Source of the DNA: Chiloscyllium plagiosum
Taxonomy: Eukaryota
DNA: 64,000 nt
Direction: 5' to 3'
Assembly: GCF_004010195.1 (NCBI RefSeq)
Contig: NC_057728.1
Coordinates: 40,560,578 to 40,624,577 of the forward strand
Numbering within the stretch: the stretch's first letter is position 1; every line of letters begins with the position of its first letter. The notes beneath the pieces were generated by a model. It had not been told where the DNA came from. It was given only the letters and a program-made list of their open reading frames with translations, and did no database searches. Shown here piece by piece: positions 12,327-25,839 of this stretch. Both the position numbers and the translations under genes were made by a program.

Positions 12327-12431
12327 CAAATTGAGAGCTTACCCATTATTCTAATCTGTGTTTCCTGTCAGTCAACCAATTTCCTATCTCTGTTAGTAAT
12401 TTGTGCTCAACTCAGTGAGTTTCCACCTCAG

Positions 12432-12935
12432 TCAGAGTCAGAGAGATGTACAGTACGGAAACAGACCCTTCTGTCTAACTCGTCTATACCGACCAGATAT
12501 CCTAAATTAATCTAGTCCCATTTGCCAGCACTTGACCCATATCCCTCTAAACCCTTCCTACTCATATACCCATCCAGATGCCTTTTAAATGTTGTAATCG
12601 TGCCAGCCTCCACCACTTCCTCTGACAGCTCATTCCATACACGTACCACCCTCTGCATGAAGAGGTTGCCCCTTATGTTCCTTTTAAATCTTTCCAACCT
12701 CACCATTGACCTATGCCCTCTAGTTCTGGACTCCTCTATCCCGGGTAAATGACCTTATATATTTACCCTATCCATGCCCTTCATGATTTTATAAACCTCC
12801 ATAAGATCACTCCTCAAGCCTCCAGGGAAAACAGCCCCAGCCTATTTAGCCTCTCCCTATAGCTCAAACCCTCCATTCCTGGCAGCATCCTTGTAAATCT
12901 TTTCTGAACTCTTTCAAGTTTCACCACATCTTTCC
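12432..12935 (-). mobile_element. CR1/HER1-like LINE 3' fragment
   Basis: ORF-track peptides KLERVQKRFTRMLPG and QRVVRVWNELSEEVVEAGTI. Confidence 0.85.
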
Positions 12936-13502
12936 CATAGCATTCTGTTCTATGGGATTTTATCAAAAGCCTTCTGGAAGTCACTATAAACAACATTCAT
13001 CGATTACCTCTACCCACCATCTTTGTCACCTCTAAAAATCTCTACAAGGTTTGCCAGGCATGACCTATCCTTTATGAATCTCTGCAGACTTGCCCTGATT
13101 AAAATAAATTTTTCAAGGCACTCAGTTACCCTATCCTTGATTATAGACTCAGCAATTGCCCCATCACAGATTTTAGGCTAACTGGTCTATAATTACCTGG
13201 TTTCCTTCTGACACCCTTCTTAAAGAGCAAAGTGACATGAACAACTTTCCAACCCATAGTACAACTCCTGAATCCAGAGAACTGAAAGATTATGATTGGC
13301 ATTAGCAATGTGAACTCCTACCTCCTTTAACAACCATAGATGGAAGCTGTCAGATCTTGGGGATTTGTCACTCTTCAGTTCCATTAATTTCCCCATTTTT
13401 GATGATTTACATAAATTAATCCTCTATTAATTTCTGCAGGATTTCCAGCAAGCTATCCTCCTTTTCTGCTGGGAATACTGAAACAAAATAATAATTCAGC
13501 AT

Positions 13503-13614
13503 CAAAAACAGAAATTGCTGGAAAAGCTCAGTAGTCTGGCAGCATCTGTGAAGAGAAAGCAGAGTTAACACTTTGGGTCCAGTCACTGCATCTTCAGCTT
13601 TTTCAGTTTTTATT
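13503..13614 (-). mobile_element. Family C short element (degenerate hammerhead) with 14-bp TSD
   Basis: Minus strand ctgaaga...ctggacccaaagtgttaactct...gatgctgccagactactgagcttttccagca, flanked by TAATAATTCAGCAT at 13489-13502 and 13615-13628. Confidence 0.75.
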
Positions 13615-13684
13615 TAATAATTCAGCATGTCTGCCATTTCCCCATGGTCAATGACAATATCCCCACTATCAGCCTTCAGTGGGC

Positions 13685-13775
13685 CTGAGGATCACTGGAC
13701 CCGAAATGTTAATTCTGATTTCCCTTCACAGATCTGTCAGACCTGCTGAGCTTTTCTAGCAACTTCTGCTTTTGT
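13685..13775 (+). mobile_element. Family C short element, 5'-truncated
   Basis: ggatcactggacccgaaatgttaattctg...cagacctgctgagcttttctagcaacttctg; similar to the reverse complement of 13503-13590. Confidence 0.7.
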
Positions 13776-13833
13776 ACTTTTACCCAGCCACTTTCCCTTT
13801 ATATAACAATAAAATCTCTTTTTATTGACTTTT

Positions 13834-14935
13834 AGAGTCATAGAGTCATAGAGATGTACAGCATGGAAACAGACCCCTCGGTCCAACCCGTTCATGCCGA
13901 CCAGATATTCCAACCCAATCTAGTCCCACCTGCCAGCACCCGACCCATATCCCTCCAAACACTTCCTATTCATATACCCATCCAAATGCCTTTTAAATGT
14001 TGCAATTGTACCAGCCTCCACCATATCCTCTGACAGCTCATTCCATACATGTACCACCCTCTGTGTGAAAAAGTTGCCCCTTAGGTCTCTTTTATATCTT
14101 TCCACTCTCACTCTAATCCTATGCCCTCTAGTTCTGGACTTTCCCACCTCAGGGAAAAGACGTTGCCTATTTACCCTATCCATGCCCCTCATAATTTTTT
14201 AAACCTCTATAAAGTCACCCCTCAACCTCCAACACTCCAAGGGAAACAGCCCCAGCCTGTTCAGCCTCTCCTTATAGCTCAAATCCTCCAACCCTGACAA
14301 TAGGGTTATAAATCTTTTCTGAACCCTCTCAAGTTTCACAACATCTTTCCGATAGGAAGGAGACCAGAATTTACGCAATATTCCAACAGTGGCCTAACTA
14401 ATGTCCTGTACAGCTGCAACATGACCTCCCAACTCCTGTACTCAATACTCTGACCAATAAAGGAAAGCATACCAAACGCCTTCTTCACTATCCTATCTAC
14501 CTGTGACTCCACTTTCAAGGAGCTATGAACCTGCACTTCAAGGTCTCTTTGTTCAGCAACACTTCCTCAGACCTTACCATTAAGTGTATAAGTCCTGCTA
14601 AGAATTGCTTTCCCAAAATGCAGCACCTCGCATTTATCTGAATTAAATTCCATCTGCCACTTCTCAGCCCATTGGCACATCTGGTCAAGATCCTGTTATA
14701 ATCTGAGGTAACCCTCTTCGCTGTCCACTACACCTCCAATTTTGATGTCATCTGCAAACTTACTAACTGTACCTCTTATGCTCGCATCCAAATCATTTAT
14801 GTAAATGACAAAAAGTAGAGGACCCAGCACTGATCCTTGTGACACTCCACTGGTCACAGGCCTCCAATCTGAAAAACAACCCTCCACCACTACCCTCTGT
14901 CTTCTACCTTTGAGCCAGTTCTGTATCCAAATGGC
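13834..14935 (-). mobile_element. CR1/HER1-like LINE 3' fragment (about 1.1 kb)
   Basis: SGVSQGSVLGPLLFVIYINDLD...FADDIK, LVRPLLEYC, and a (ctatgact)n tail. Confidence 0.9.
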
Positions 14936-15454
14936 TTAAGTCCCTTGCATGTTTCCTTTCATAATCCTTTTTAGCTGCTCTTATAAGCCATCTTGAGGCC
15001 CTTTGGTCGTCTTTGCATTTGTTCCATTATGTGTGATCGGTGCGATCATTTTGTTCTTTGCATTTTCTAAGCACTACCTTTTAATTTCATGCTATGCCAT
15101 ACCTCCTTAAATGTCCATAGCTTTATTTTGTGAGGTGGAGCTTTACCTTCTCATGGGTACAGCTGAGTCTGAATAGCATTAATTGTTTTTTTGAAAACCC
15201 TCCACTGTTCCCAGTTTACTCTGGAAAGGCTCTGCATCATTCCATTAACATCTGACTTACTTAAATCTAAAATTATAGTACCTGATTTTTGCTTATCTCT
15301 TACAAATGCTACATAAAATTTGCTCATATTATGATCACTATTCAATAAATGCATATGGCCAACTAGGTAACTAATTAAATCAGGCTCATTGCTCTTTATT
15401 AGATGCAACATTGCTTGTCCCCTTATTGCATCCAAAACATATTGCCGTAGGAAG

Positions 15455-15950
15455 CACACAAAAACCCACATGCACACATATACATATATGTTTGTGGGGT
15501 GAATTTGTACTTGCAGAGTTACATTGTACTTTGCTCAAAAACTGCATGAATCCATCTAAGACTGTGTTAACTCACTTCTTAGATTAGAATCAGTCTAAAC
15601 ATTATAGCACAGACAGAAAACACAGGGGGCTAACACCTTCAGCATATTATCTGGCTGACACCAATTATTACAGTTAATCTGAGAATGTAACTTTTAAAAA
15701 AAGTTTTGTGATTTACGTATGAAAGAAGTGAAACCATCATGGTATTTTAACAGACGAAAGACTCAACAAACAATCAAGGTATTTTTCAATGTATAATTTC
15801 AGTTACATCACACTGTAAACTTTTGCTATAAATTCTGTGTCTTACAATTGTGTCTTCCACAACCACCTGATGAAGGAGCGGCACTCCGAAAGCTAGTGCT
15901 TCCAATTAAACCTGTTGGACTATAACCTCGTGTTGTGTGATTTTTAACTC
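15455..15950 (+). mobile_element. Penelope-like 3'UTR/terminal repeat fragment (family A)
   Basis: Collinear and highly similar to 5008-5497. Confidence 0.85.
15864..15898 (+). ncRNA. Minimal type I hammerhead ribozyme motif (family A), intact core
   Basis: CAC CTGATGA A GGAG CGGCA CTCC GAAA GC TA GTG. Confidence 0.78.
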
Positions 15951-17039
15951 TGTCCTTCAGCATCTTTTTGTTATTTCTTCCTCCTGTCTTATTCAATGCA
16001 CTTTTTATAGTTCTGCCTTGTTCATTAAATTGGCCCTGCTTGTTCATCCAATTAACCTCTACCTTCTCCTCACATGCTGACCTGCTGCTTCAGTTTCCAC
16101 CCCTCTGCCATGCTTGTTTAAATCCTCCCAAGTGACACTAGTGAACCTCCCCATGAGAATGTTGGTGCCCCTCCAGTTTAGGTGCAACCTGTCCTTTTTG
16201 TACAGGTCCCACCTGCCCTGGAAGAGATCCCAATGATTCAGACCTCATAGTATTAACAACAATACAACATTCATTTATTTATTATTAGGCAATAGTCTTT
16301 CTTTAGGTGCTGTCAAACAAGTATACTTCCTTTAGGTTATCAAAGAAACTACATGTCTAAATCTTCAGAAAAGCAATTTACATATCGCAGTGAAGCTGAT
16401 GAAGCAATTTTGCCTTTGAAATATTGGACCATCCTTTGGCTGTTCACTTGGATTTTTTTGACATGCCAGAAGTCAGATGCATAATTGCTTTTCATACAAA
16501 ACAAATTTCTGCTGAGCAATATATACAATGCATCAGAAAAATATGTTGTTATTGGAATCTTCAGTGTGCTGATGGCTGTCTTGAAAAAGTAACACAATGG
16601 ATAATAATCCCTGCATTATAAGCTTTCTTCCTACACAAGAGTTCATAGTGGAGACCACATACCACAGAATTCCTACAACGTAATTAAGACTGTGAAACCA
16701 CTTGTTGATCAACTGCATGCAGATTTTAGACAATATTCAGAGCTGTGGAAGTGTTTGAAACTATTAATACATAAAATTCTTTGAAGATTGCACTTGTAAG
16801 TGAGAAAAAGCAGCACTTTAGCCATTTAGATATGTTTTAGGAAAAAATGAAAACTCATATTTACATATCACTTTCTTCATTGTAAAAATGTATTTTGGAG
16901 GAAAGGAGTAATAGTGGAAGTTTAAGTTGGTAAGCAACTGAAGGCTTTATCAGAAAATTACACTTTTGAGAAACTTCACCAGACCCGTCATGACTCCGTC
17001 ACTGTTAGTAACTTATCATCATTGCTTTATAGTCAAGAA

Positions 17040-18010
17040 GCACCTGATTGATAATAATCTGTCCGCTGATGCCCCACTTTCTGCCAGGGCAACTCAGCTC
17101 TTAAACTCATGACAGCCTTGCTTCAATCATGGACAAAAAAGCTGAGTTCCAGAACTGAGGTGAGAATGACTGACCTTGACATCAAGATCACATTGACACA
17201 GTGTAGCATCAAGGAGCCATGGCAATTTTGAAATCATTGAGTACCAGGGGTCAAACCTGACACACAGGAAGCTGACTGTATTTGCTGGGAGTCAGTCATC
17301 TCAGATCCACGACATCTCTGCATGATTCCCTCTATCCAGCACCAACCACCTTCAGCTGCTACATCAATGACCCTGTCTTGATCATAGGGTCAGAAAGGGG
17401 ATGTTCATAATCATTCCACAATGTTCAGCACCACTCACAACTCCTCAGATACTAAAGCAATTTATATCCACATACAATGCAGGGGCAAAAACACAGGCTT
17501 AGGCTGAATATTGGCACTACACACTACATAAATGGCATCTTTAATAATAGTCTTCCTAATCTTTATCCCTGAACATTCAATGACATTATGGTATATCAAC
17601 ATGGTGGAGGTTACCATGACCAGAAACTGAACTGGACTTGCCATGTAATACAGTACCTACTAAAGCCAGTCAGAGACTAGGAATACTTAGCTCCTCACTC
17701 ATCAAACCTTGTCCACCATCTATAAGGCACAAGTCAGGCCTGTAATGGAATACTCCCCAATTTCCTGGATGAGTGCAGCTCCAATAACACTTAAAAAGCT
17801 TTACACTATCCAGGACATAGCAACTTGCTTTCAAACTTTCAGTCATTCCATCACCGGTGCTAAATAGCAGCCATGCATACCATCTACAAGATGTGACACA
17901 GAAATGTACCAAGGCATCTTAAACAGTATCTACCATGCCACTTCCATGTTGAAGGGCAAGATAACAGATGGATGGGAACACCACCAACAGCAAATTCCTC
18001 TTCAAGCCAC
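17040..18010 (+). mobile_element. Decayed LINE RT fragment, same family as 34199-36895
   Basis: WTKKLSSRTEVRMT.LDIK and TIYKAQVRPVMEYSP remnants; the ending gggcaagataacagatggatgggaacaccacc resembles 36690-36715. Confidence 0.6.
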
Positions 18011-18014
18011 TCAG

Positions 18015-20210
18015 CATCCCATGCCAACCATGCTCCCAAACTAAACAAGTCCCAGCTGCTTGCATTTGGCCATATTCCTCCAAACCTTTCCTAATCATGA
18101 ATTTATCCAAATGTCTTTTAAACATTGTAACTGTGCCTGCATCCACCACTTTCTCTGATAGTTCATTCCATTCATGAATCACTCTCTGTAAAAATATTGC
18201 CCCTTTTTAAATCCTTCTTCTCTCACCTGAAAAATCCTCAGTTTTGAACTCCCACATCCTAGGGGAAAGACCCCTGTCTTTGCCTCTCATGATTTTCTAA
18301 ACCTCAATAAAGTCTCCCCTTAATCTCCTACACTCCAGTGAAGAAATTCCCAGCCTTTCTAGTCTATTTTTATCTGTGAAACTTTCCATTCCTGGCAACA
18401 TCCTGATAATTTTTTTCTGAACCCTCTCCAGTTTAATTATACTCTTCCTAAAACAGGATGACTAGAACAGCAAACAGTACTGCAGAAGAGGCCTCACCAA
18501 CATCTACTATAAACTCAACATGACATCCCAATTCCTGTACTCAAAGGGCTGAGCAATGACAGCCAGCATGCTAAATGACTTCTTAAGCATGCTATCTACC
18601 TGCGTTGCAAAATTCAAAGAACTATATACCTGAACACTTATGTCTCTCTGTTCTATAACATTACGCAGGATCCTAACATTAATTGTATAAGTCCTCGTGT
18701 GTATTACCAAAATGCAATAACTCACATTTATCAAAATTAAATTCCATCTGCCATTCCTCAGCACATTGACCCAATTAATTAAGATCTTTTTATAGGCTTA
18801 GATAACCTTCTTCACTGTCTACTATACCATCACAGAGTCATAGAGATACACAGTACCAAAACAGAACATTCAGTCCAAATCGTCCATGCCGATCAGATAT
18901 CCTAACATAACCTAGTCCCACCTGCCAGCAACCAGCCCATATCCCTCCAAACCCTTCCTATTCATTTACGCATCTAAATGCCTTTTAAATGTTGCAATTC
19001 CACCACTTCCTCTGACAGTTCATTCCACACATGCACCACGCGCTGTGTGAAAAAGTTGTCCTTTAGGTCCCTTTTATATCTTTCCCTTCTCACCCTAAGC
19101 CTTTGCCCCCTAGTTCTGGATTCACCCACCCCAGGGAAAAGACTTTGTCTGTTTACCCTATCCATTCCCCTCATGATTTTATAAACCTCTATAAGGTCAC
19201 CCCTCAGCCTCTGACGCTCCAGGGAAAACAGCCCCAGCCTGTTCAGCCTCTCCTTATAGCTCAAATCCTCCAACCCTGGCAACATCCTTGTAAATCTTTT
19301 CTGAACCCTCTCAAGTCTCAAAACATCTTTCCGATAAGAAGGAGACCAGAATTGCACGCAATATTCCAAAAGTGGCCTAACCAATGTCCTGTACAGCCAC
19401 AACATGACCTCCCAACTTTTGTATTCAATACTCAGACTCAGAAAGCATACCAAACACCTTCTTCACTATCCTACCTTCCTGCAACTCCACTTTTAAGGAG
19501 CGATGAACCTGCACTCCAAGGTCTCTTTGTTCCACAATACTGCCCAGGACGTACCATTAAGTGTATAAGTCCTGCTAAGATTTGCTTTCCCAAAATGCAG
19601 CACCACGCATTTATCTGAATTAAACTCCATCTGCCACTTCTCAGCCCATTGGTGCATCTGATCAAGATCCCATTGTAATCCAAGGTAACCTTCTTTGCTG
19701 AGAAAGTGAGGGCTGCAGATGCTAGAGATCAGAGCTGAAAATGTGTTGCCTGACCTGCTGCGCTTTTCCAGCAACACATTTTCAGCTCTAACCTTCTTTG
19801 CTGTCCACTACACCTCCAATTTTGGTGTCATCTGCAAACAGACTAACTATATCTCTTATGCTCACATCCAAATTATTTATATAAATGACAAAAGGTAATG
19901 GACCCAACACCGATCCTTGTGACACTCCACTGGTCACAGGCCTCCAGTCTGAAAAGCAAACCTCTACCACCACCCTCTGTCTTCTACCTTTGAGCCAGTT
20001 CTGTATCCAAATAGCTAGTTCGCCTTGTATTCCATGAGATCTAACTTTGCTAACTAGTCTCTCATGGGGAACCTTGTCAAACGCCTTACTGAAGTCATAT
20101 AGATCACATTCACTGCTTTGCCCTTATCAATTCTCTTTGTTACTTCTTCAAAAAGCTCAATGCAGTTTGTGAGACATGATTTCCCACGCACAAAGCCATG
20201 CTGACTATCC
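18015..20210 (-). mobile_element. Two tandem CR1/HER1-like 3' fragments (18015-18830 and 18833-20210)
   Basis: ORF-track peptides LVRPLLEYCVQFWSP, WAEKWQMEFN and QGSVLGP...FADDTK. Confidence 0.88.
19701..19788. mobile_element. Inverted family B mini-element (hammerhead part absent) with 15-bp TSD, inside CR1
   Basis: Flanked by TAACCTTCTTTGCTG at 19686-19700 and 19789-19803; internal inverted arms gagctgaaaatgtgttgc and gcaacacattttcagctc. Confidence 0.9.
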
Positions 20211-21444
20211 GTACTATCCATGCTTCCTCTATTCTCATTCTAATCATTTACATAAATGCCAAACAAAAGTGGAACCAGTGCTAATCTCCACTGGTTGGAC
20301 CGAAGGGTCTGTTTCCGTGCTGTATGACACTATCACTCGCGAATGCATCGTCTTCCCTTCAGTGTCGTTGTGTCTCAAAATCTTCGAATTCCCTCCCTAA
20401 GCACATGGTAAATTCTCCAGCTCTTCTTCAAATCAGCGTCTTGGGCTTTTATGTCCCCTTGGAGGACAGATGGGCCATGTTTTAAAAGTACATCTGAAGA
20501 ATATCATTTCCAATGTCTCACTGGAATGTCACTGGAGCTGAGATAATGTCCTCAAATCTCCAAAGAGGGATTAAACACTACATTCCATTTTTTAAAATAA
20601 ATATTTATTAAAGAGAATAAAAATGATATAATTTTAAATAATTATAATTATATAAGAATATAATTTATTTGTGAGGTGGTGCATTTGAACACCAAACTTC
20701 TGTTGTTATGGTAACAGAGGGACAAAACTTAATGGGGCAACTGCATCCTCTCTTCTTTGACTCTTCTCATTCTGCTCTTTAAACTGATGTTGGATTTGGT
20801 CACTTTATGGAGAATTTAATTACCTGAAACCAGGTATGCACCAATTCTAGGCCTACAGAACTCAGACTTGTATCTTGAGTTAACAAAGTACAGGATATAT
20901 GCTGATGAAGTGGTGGGGGGTTGGTGTGGAGTAGAGGAGAGGGGGATAAAGAAGGGGGAGGGGTGGAGTAATCTCTTGCATTGAAATGTGACACATCACT
21001 TAATTTATCTAGGTTCACAAATAGCCTGGAATGCATCACAAATAGACCTGTCTCTTCTAATATGTTCTGGATCGTGATACAATCTCTGCAGACAAGTTTA
21101 CTGGAGAATTAGTGCGGATTACACAGGCTGAATAATGCCTAATGTAAAACTCACTAATGCATATCCATTGTAGTCCTTCCTGCTGCCAGTATATAAGATC
21201 AGAGTTAAATAAAAAGGCCGTTGGTGCTTGACAACAAGATTTTCTTTGTTAAACTTTATCGGAAGTAATCTCCAAGCTGACATCTATTATTGGCTTTGTA
21301 TGCTGGCATTTTAAACTCCATGCACACAGAAGTGATCTTTTCCTTTTGTGGAATTACAAATAGGCAGACAGATTTGCAACATTTTAATCCTCAACTCAAA
21401 ATGGTACAGTTAGATTAGAAAATGAACCAGGCAGTTTGTTTTTA

Positions 21445-21915
21445 ATACCCAAATCCTGCAGATACTAGAAATCTGAAATAAGAACATAAAAATGCTGGAA
21501 AATTTCAGCAGGTCAGGCAGCATTTGGAGAAAGAAATAGAATTAACTTTTCAGGTCATAGAGTCATAAAGATGTATAGCACAGAAACAGACCCTTTGGTC
21601 CAACTCATCCATGACAACCAGATATCCCAATCTAATCTAGTCCCACTTGCCAGCACCAGGTCCATATCCCTCCAAACCCTTCCTATTCATATACCCATCC
21701 AAATGCCTTTTAAATTTTGCAATTCCACCACTTCCGATGGCAGCTTATTCCATGCACGCACCACCCTCTGCATGAAAATGTTGACCCTTAGGTCTCTTTT
21801 ATATCTTTCCTCTCTCACTCTAAACCTATGCTCTCTAGTTCTGGAATCTCCCACCCCAGAAAAAAAACATTGTCTATTTATCCTATCCATGCCCTTCATA
21901 ATTTTATAATCTTTC
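21445..21915 (-). mobile_element. Decayed family C-like short element (21445-21555) abutting a CR1/HER1 3' fragment (21553-21915)
   Basis: aatgctggaaaatttcagcaggtcaggcagcat motif, then the HER1-like tail and a YKIMKGMDRINRQ peptide. Confidence 0.75.
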
Positions 21916-23500
21916 AATGTTTCTATTCTGATTACTGCTGGTCCGTATAGACCATTGAACTGCAGTTATTTTATGCAATAATTATTTGTACAGTTTGGTT
22001 TTGATTTCTTAAAGTACATGCTGTAGTACATATTTCGTAATGCATTGGGAGTATTCCAAAGTACTAATATAACACCTTAAGAACATAAGACATGGGTGTG
22101 GAAGCAAGGCCATTCGGCCCATCGAGTTCACTCCACCATTTAATCATGGCTGATGGGTGTTTCAATTCCACTTACCCGCACTCTCACCATAACCCTTAAT
22201 TCCTTTCAAATCAAGAATTTATCAATAAGACAATTATGATGCAAAAAAAAAACAGTTTGGGCTGATGGGGCTGAGGATATTGGAGTTTGGGGAAATGGTG
22301 ATGGTATTGATTTGGTGCAACAAGAAAAAAACAAGGTGCCATGACAAATCCTAGTTCTTGTCTGAGAATCTGGAGGATCAGGAGGTTGACTCCATATTTA
22401 GTTTTTCACCAGCTTAAAACTTAGCAGACCTATTTGATTCCCCTAAAGCAGGCTAATTATAATAGTGTTGGATTGTTCCTCAATAAAGGGGTGCACCTTC
22501 TTGTGCTGAAAGAGACAAATGAGTGAACTTTTCAATTGGCAGGGATTCTTTACTCACCTGGTCAGATGCATGTGGATTGTTAGACGTGGCAAGTAAACTC
22601 CAGCATCTCTATCTGTAAAGGCTAATGTAGGCACAGAATGCATCTAGTGTTGTGTTCAATGAGCAGCCATGTTTGCATCAGATAAGGTTTTCCTGGTTTG
22701 GGCAGCTAGAGATATGTGCACTACAGAATTGAGTCTTTCTTCTTGCTACTGCTGGAGCCAGTCTTCAGCCAAAACCAGACAGACCAAGTTCTGCTTTGAC
22801 CAGCCACACAAAACTGACTCAGGGATGCCTTTCACTTGTAGAATGCTAGCTTTAATGAAATTGATTTGTGCAGATTTTACAGAGTACAGCAAGGCCTTGT
22901 GTGAAGCAGTAGATCTCTGCTGGCTTTGAGAGTGAAATTGGCAGATGCAACATTTTGTTTGGGCAAGACATTTTAATTTAAGGGCAAGGGTCTCAGTTCA
23001 CAATCAGTGCCTCAGTCAAAGGCCTGAATTAAATTAAGTGCTAAAAGAAATGCATCACACAGAAAGCAGATCTAGTCAGCAATTACCCAAATGTATTTTG
23101 GTTCATACTTATGAGAAAAATGTGTCACTTTCTTGCCAGACAATTCCACAGACTCACCTCTGTCTGGGTGAAATAATTACTCCTTATCACAGATCTAAAT
23201 GGCCCTTTTACTTCAACTGCGGTTCCATGTCCTGGACACTCCACTCATTGGGAACATCCTTCTTGCATTTATCCTGTCCAATCCTATCAAGAATTGTATA
23301 GGCTTCTATGAGATACCTCCTCATTCTTCTAAACTCCAGACAATATAACTCCAGATAAACACCCTGTACTTTGTTAACTCAAAATCCAAGTCTGAGTGAA
23401 GAATGAGCTGATGTTTTTGAGATACTTATGCCTGAGCAAAACATCTATGACTTAACAAAAGTACATGAACAATCTAGTTTATACAATATTTTTCTTGCAT

Positions 23501-23842
23501 GGGGAGGTGATGGTCTAGCTGGATTGTTAATCCAGAGACCCAGGTAATGTTCTGGGGACCTGGGTTTGAATCCCACCATGGCAGATGGTGGAATTTGAAC
23601 TTTTTTTAACAATCTGAAATTATGAATCTAACGATGACCATATATCCATTCTTTATTTTGGAAAAGTCTATCTGGTTCACTAATGTCCTTTTGGGTGCCA
23701 TCCTTCCCTGGTTTGGCTTATATGTGACTCCAGATCCACAGCAATGTGTTTGACTCTTAACTGCCCTCTAGGCAACTAGGGATGGGCTATAAATGCTGGC
23801 CTAACCAGCGATGCCCTCACCCATGAACAATTAAGAAAAAAA
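23501..23842 (+). mobile_element. tRNA-derived SINE resembling shark SacSINE1/DeuSINE
   Basis: B box GGGTTTGAATCCC (23562), central ctggttcactaatgtcc...tgtgactccag...gactcttaactgccctc, tail ggcaactagggatggg..ataaatgctggcc and an A-rich end. Confidence 0.65.
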
Positions 23843-24992
23843 TGAAACAATAACTCTTCAATGTACTAAGCAAGAATCATAAAAGAGAAATAACAGTATT
23901 ACACATGATTGAGACAACTAATAGCAAATGTGTTGAATGGTTGATCAAAAAACAAACATTCAAAAGGTCTTCTCGCTCATCAAAGGCATCAAAAAGCACG
24001 TGAGAAAAAACAGAAAGCTGTCAGAGCTGCTGAAACTGGCAAGGACGTTATCACTTTCAGAGTTCAACACCATTAATGTTGACACTGCCATCAGTAGCCA
24101 CCACCCTGTAGGTTCAACTGTTTTGAACACTGTTCATCATTCACATGTAAAGCAACAACACATGGTCTCACAGAACTTCAATACTGAAAAAGTGTTTCCA
24201 TTATGGCAGTATGTATCTTGACTAAAAGTGTCCCATTACTAGAAAACAATGATAAAGCCTGTGGAAAACTACTTTGTTTGCATTTGTTCCTCATTGATGA
24301 ACTCAATTATTAATACATATACCATCGTAAGGGTGCTAATTGTGCATATCATAGGAAAGGATGAAAGATCTAACCAATGTAGAGGCAGATTACTGTGATT
24401 ATATTTTTGAACCGTCAAAGGATATGAAAAAAAAACTGTACAGTCAGTTCTGATATAATGCAATACATTATAGGAAAATCATGTAATGCCACACTATTTA
24501 GACTAATGGGGCTGGAATCGTGTTATAGCCAATGCAAATAACAGTCTAAATTCTTCAATCGTATTAAAACCAATTCACGAAGAAGAAACACACATTATAG
24601 CAGAACTGACTGTATTCTCTTCTATTTTTCCATCTTTACCATCTGGTTCTTTTAAAAACGGACAACTGTGCTGGACTCATAAGAAAGTCTGAAATTGATC
24701 ACATGATAGTGGTTCAGAAGTTTCTGTAGCCTACATAATTTATATATATTCCAATTAAAGCAGATAAGTCTCCATAGCTAGCTCTGGAAAAGGAAATTCT
24801 CACCATTATGTTAAAATGGGTGCTCATACTTTAACAGGCACCTTTCACCTCACAATGGAAACTGTTGTGGGAGGAAAAGCTACATGGTTAACGTCTGTTT
24901 AGCTGATATGGACCTCAGTACCTGAAATGCTCATCGCTTTCACATGACTGAAATTTGAGCTTGTTGAATTGCTTATGTATACAATTCTGGGA

Positions 24993-25695
24993 TAGAATAT
25001 AGAACATAGAACATTACAGTGCAGTCCTTTGGCCTTCGATGTTGCACCGACCTGTGGAACCAATCTGTAGCCCATCTAACTCACACTATTACATTATCAT
25101 TCATATGTTTATCCAATGACCATTTAAATACCCTTAAATATGGCGAGTCTACTACTGTTGCAGGCAGTGCACTCCACGCTCCTACTACTCTCTGAGTAAA
25201 GAAACTACCTCTAACATCCGTCCTATATCTATCACCCCTCAATTTAAAGCTATGTCCCCTTGTACTAGCCATCACAATCTGAGGAAAAAGGGTCACACTG
25301 TCCACCCTATCTAACCCTCTGATTATCTTATATGTCACAATTAAGTCACCTCTCAACCTTCTTCTCTCTAATAAGTCCCTCAGCTTTTCCTCATAAGACC
25401 TTCCCTTCATACCAGGCAACATCCTAGTAAATCTCTTCTGAGCCTTTTCCAAAGCTGCCACATCCTTCCCACAATGCGGTGATGCAGTGACCAGAATTGT
25501 ATGCAATACTCCAAGTACGGCTGCACCAAAGTTTTGTACAGCTGCAACATGACTTTGTGGCTCCGAAACACAATCCCTCTGCCAATAAAAGCTAATGCAC
25601 TATATGCCTTCTTAACAGCCATATCAACCTGGGTAGCAACTTTCAGGGTCTATGTACATGGACACCGATATCTCTCTGCTCATCGACAGATTCTA
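24993..25695 (-). mobile_element. CR1-like LINE 3' fragment (second subfamily)
   Basis: LEKAQKRFTRMLPG, LYKTLVQPYLEYCIQFWS, and an (atgttct)n-like tail. Confidence 0.85.
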
Positions 25696-25839
25696 AGTCA
25701 GCTGCAGTTTGAGCTCCAGAGGGAGAATGAGATTCCAGGCTGAGTTGGCAGCCTGCTTCAGACCTTTCTCTTTGGTGGCAAAAACAGTAAGACAGATTGT
25801 TCACTGAATGGATATATACAGAGAGGGGAATGTAAAATG

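Larger units (their letters stand above)
11375..16240 (-). mobile_element. Old CR1-like LINE acting as host for several nested insertions
   Basis: Decayed RT and endonuclease coding sequence on the minus strand (e.g. caaattttgtgacatcagcaaa = FADVTK; tatcaaaagccttctggaagtc = DFQKAFD), resuming on both sides of each insertion. Confidence 0.6.

Noticed and set aside
20910..20970. G-rich tract as a G-quadruplex (similar tract at 48192-48222)
   Set aside because: Irregular low-complexity runs with no supporting context.
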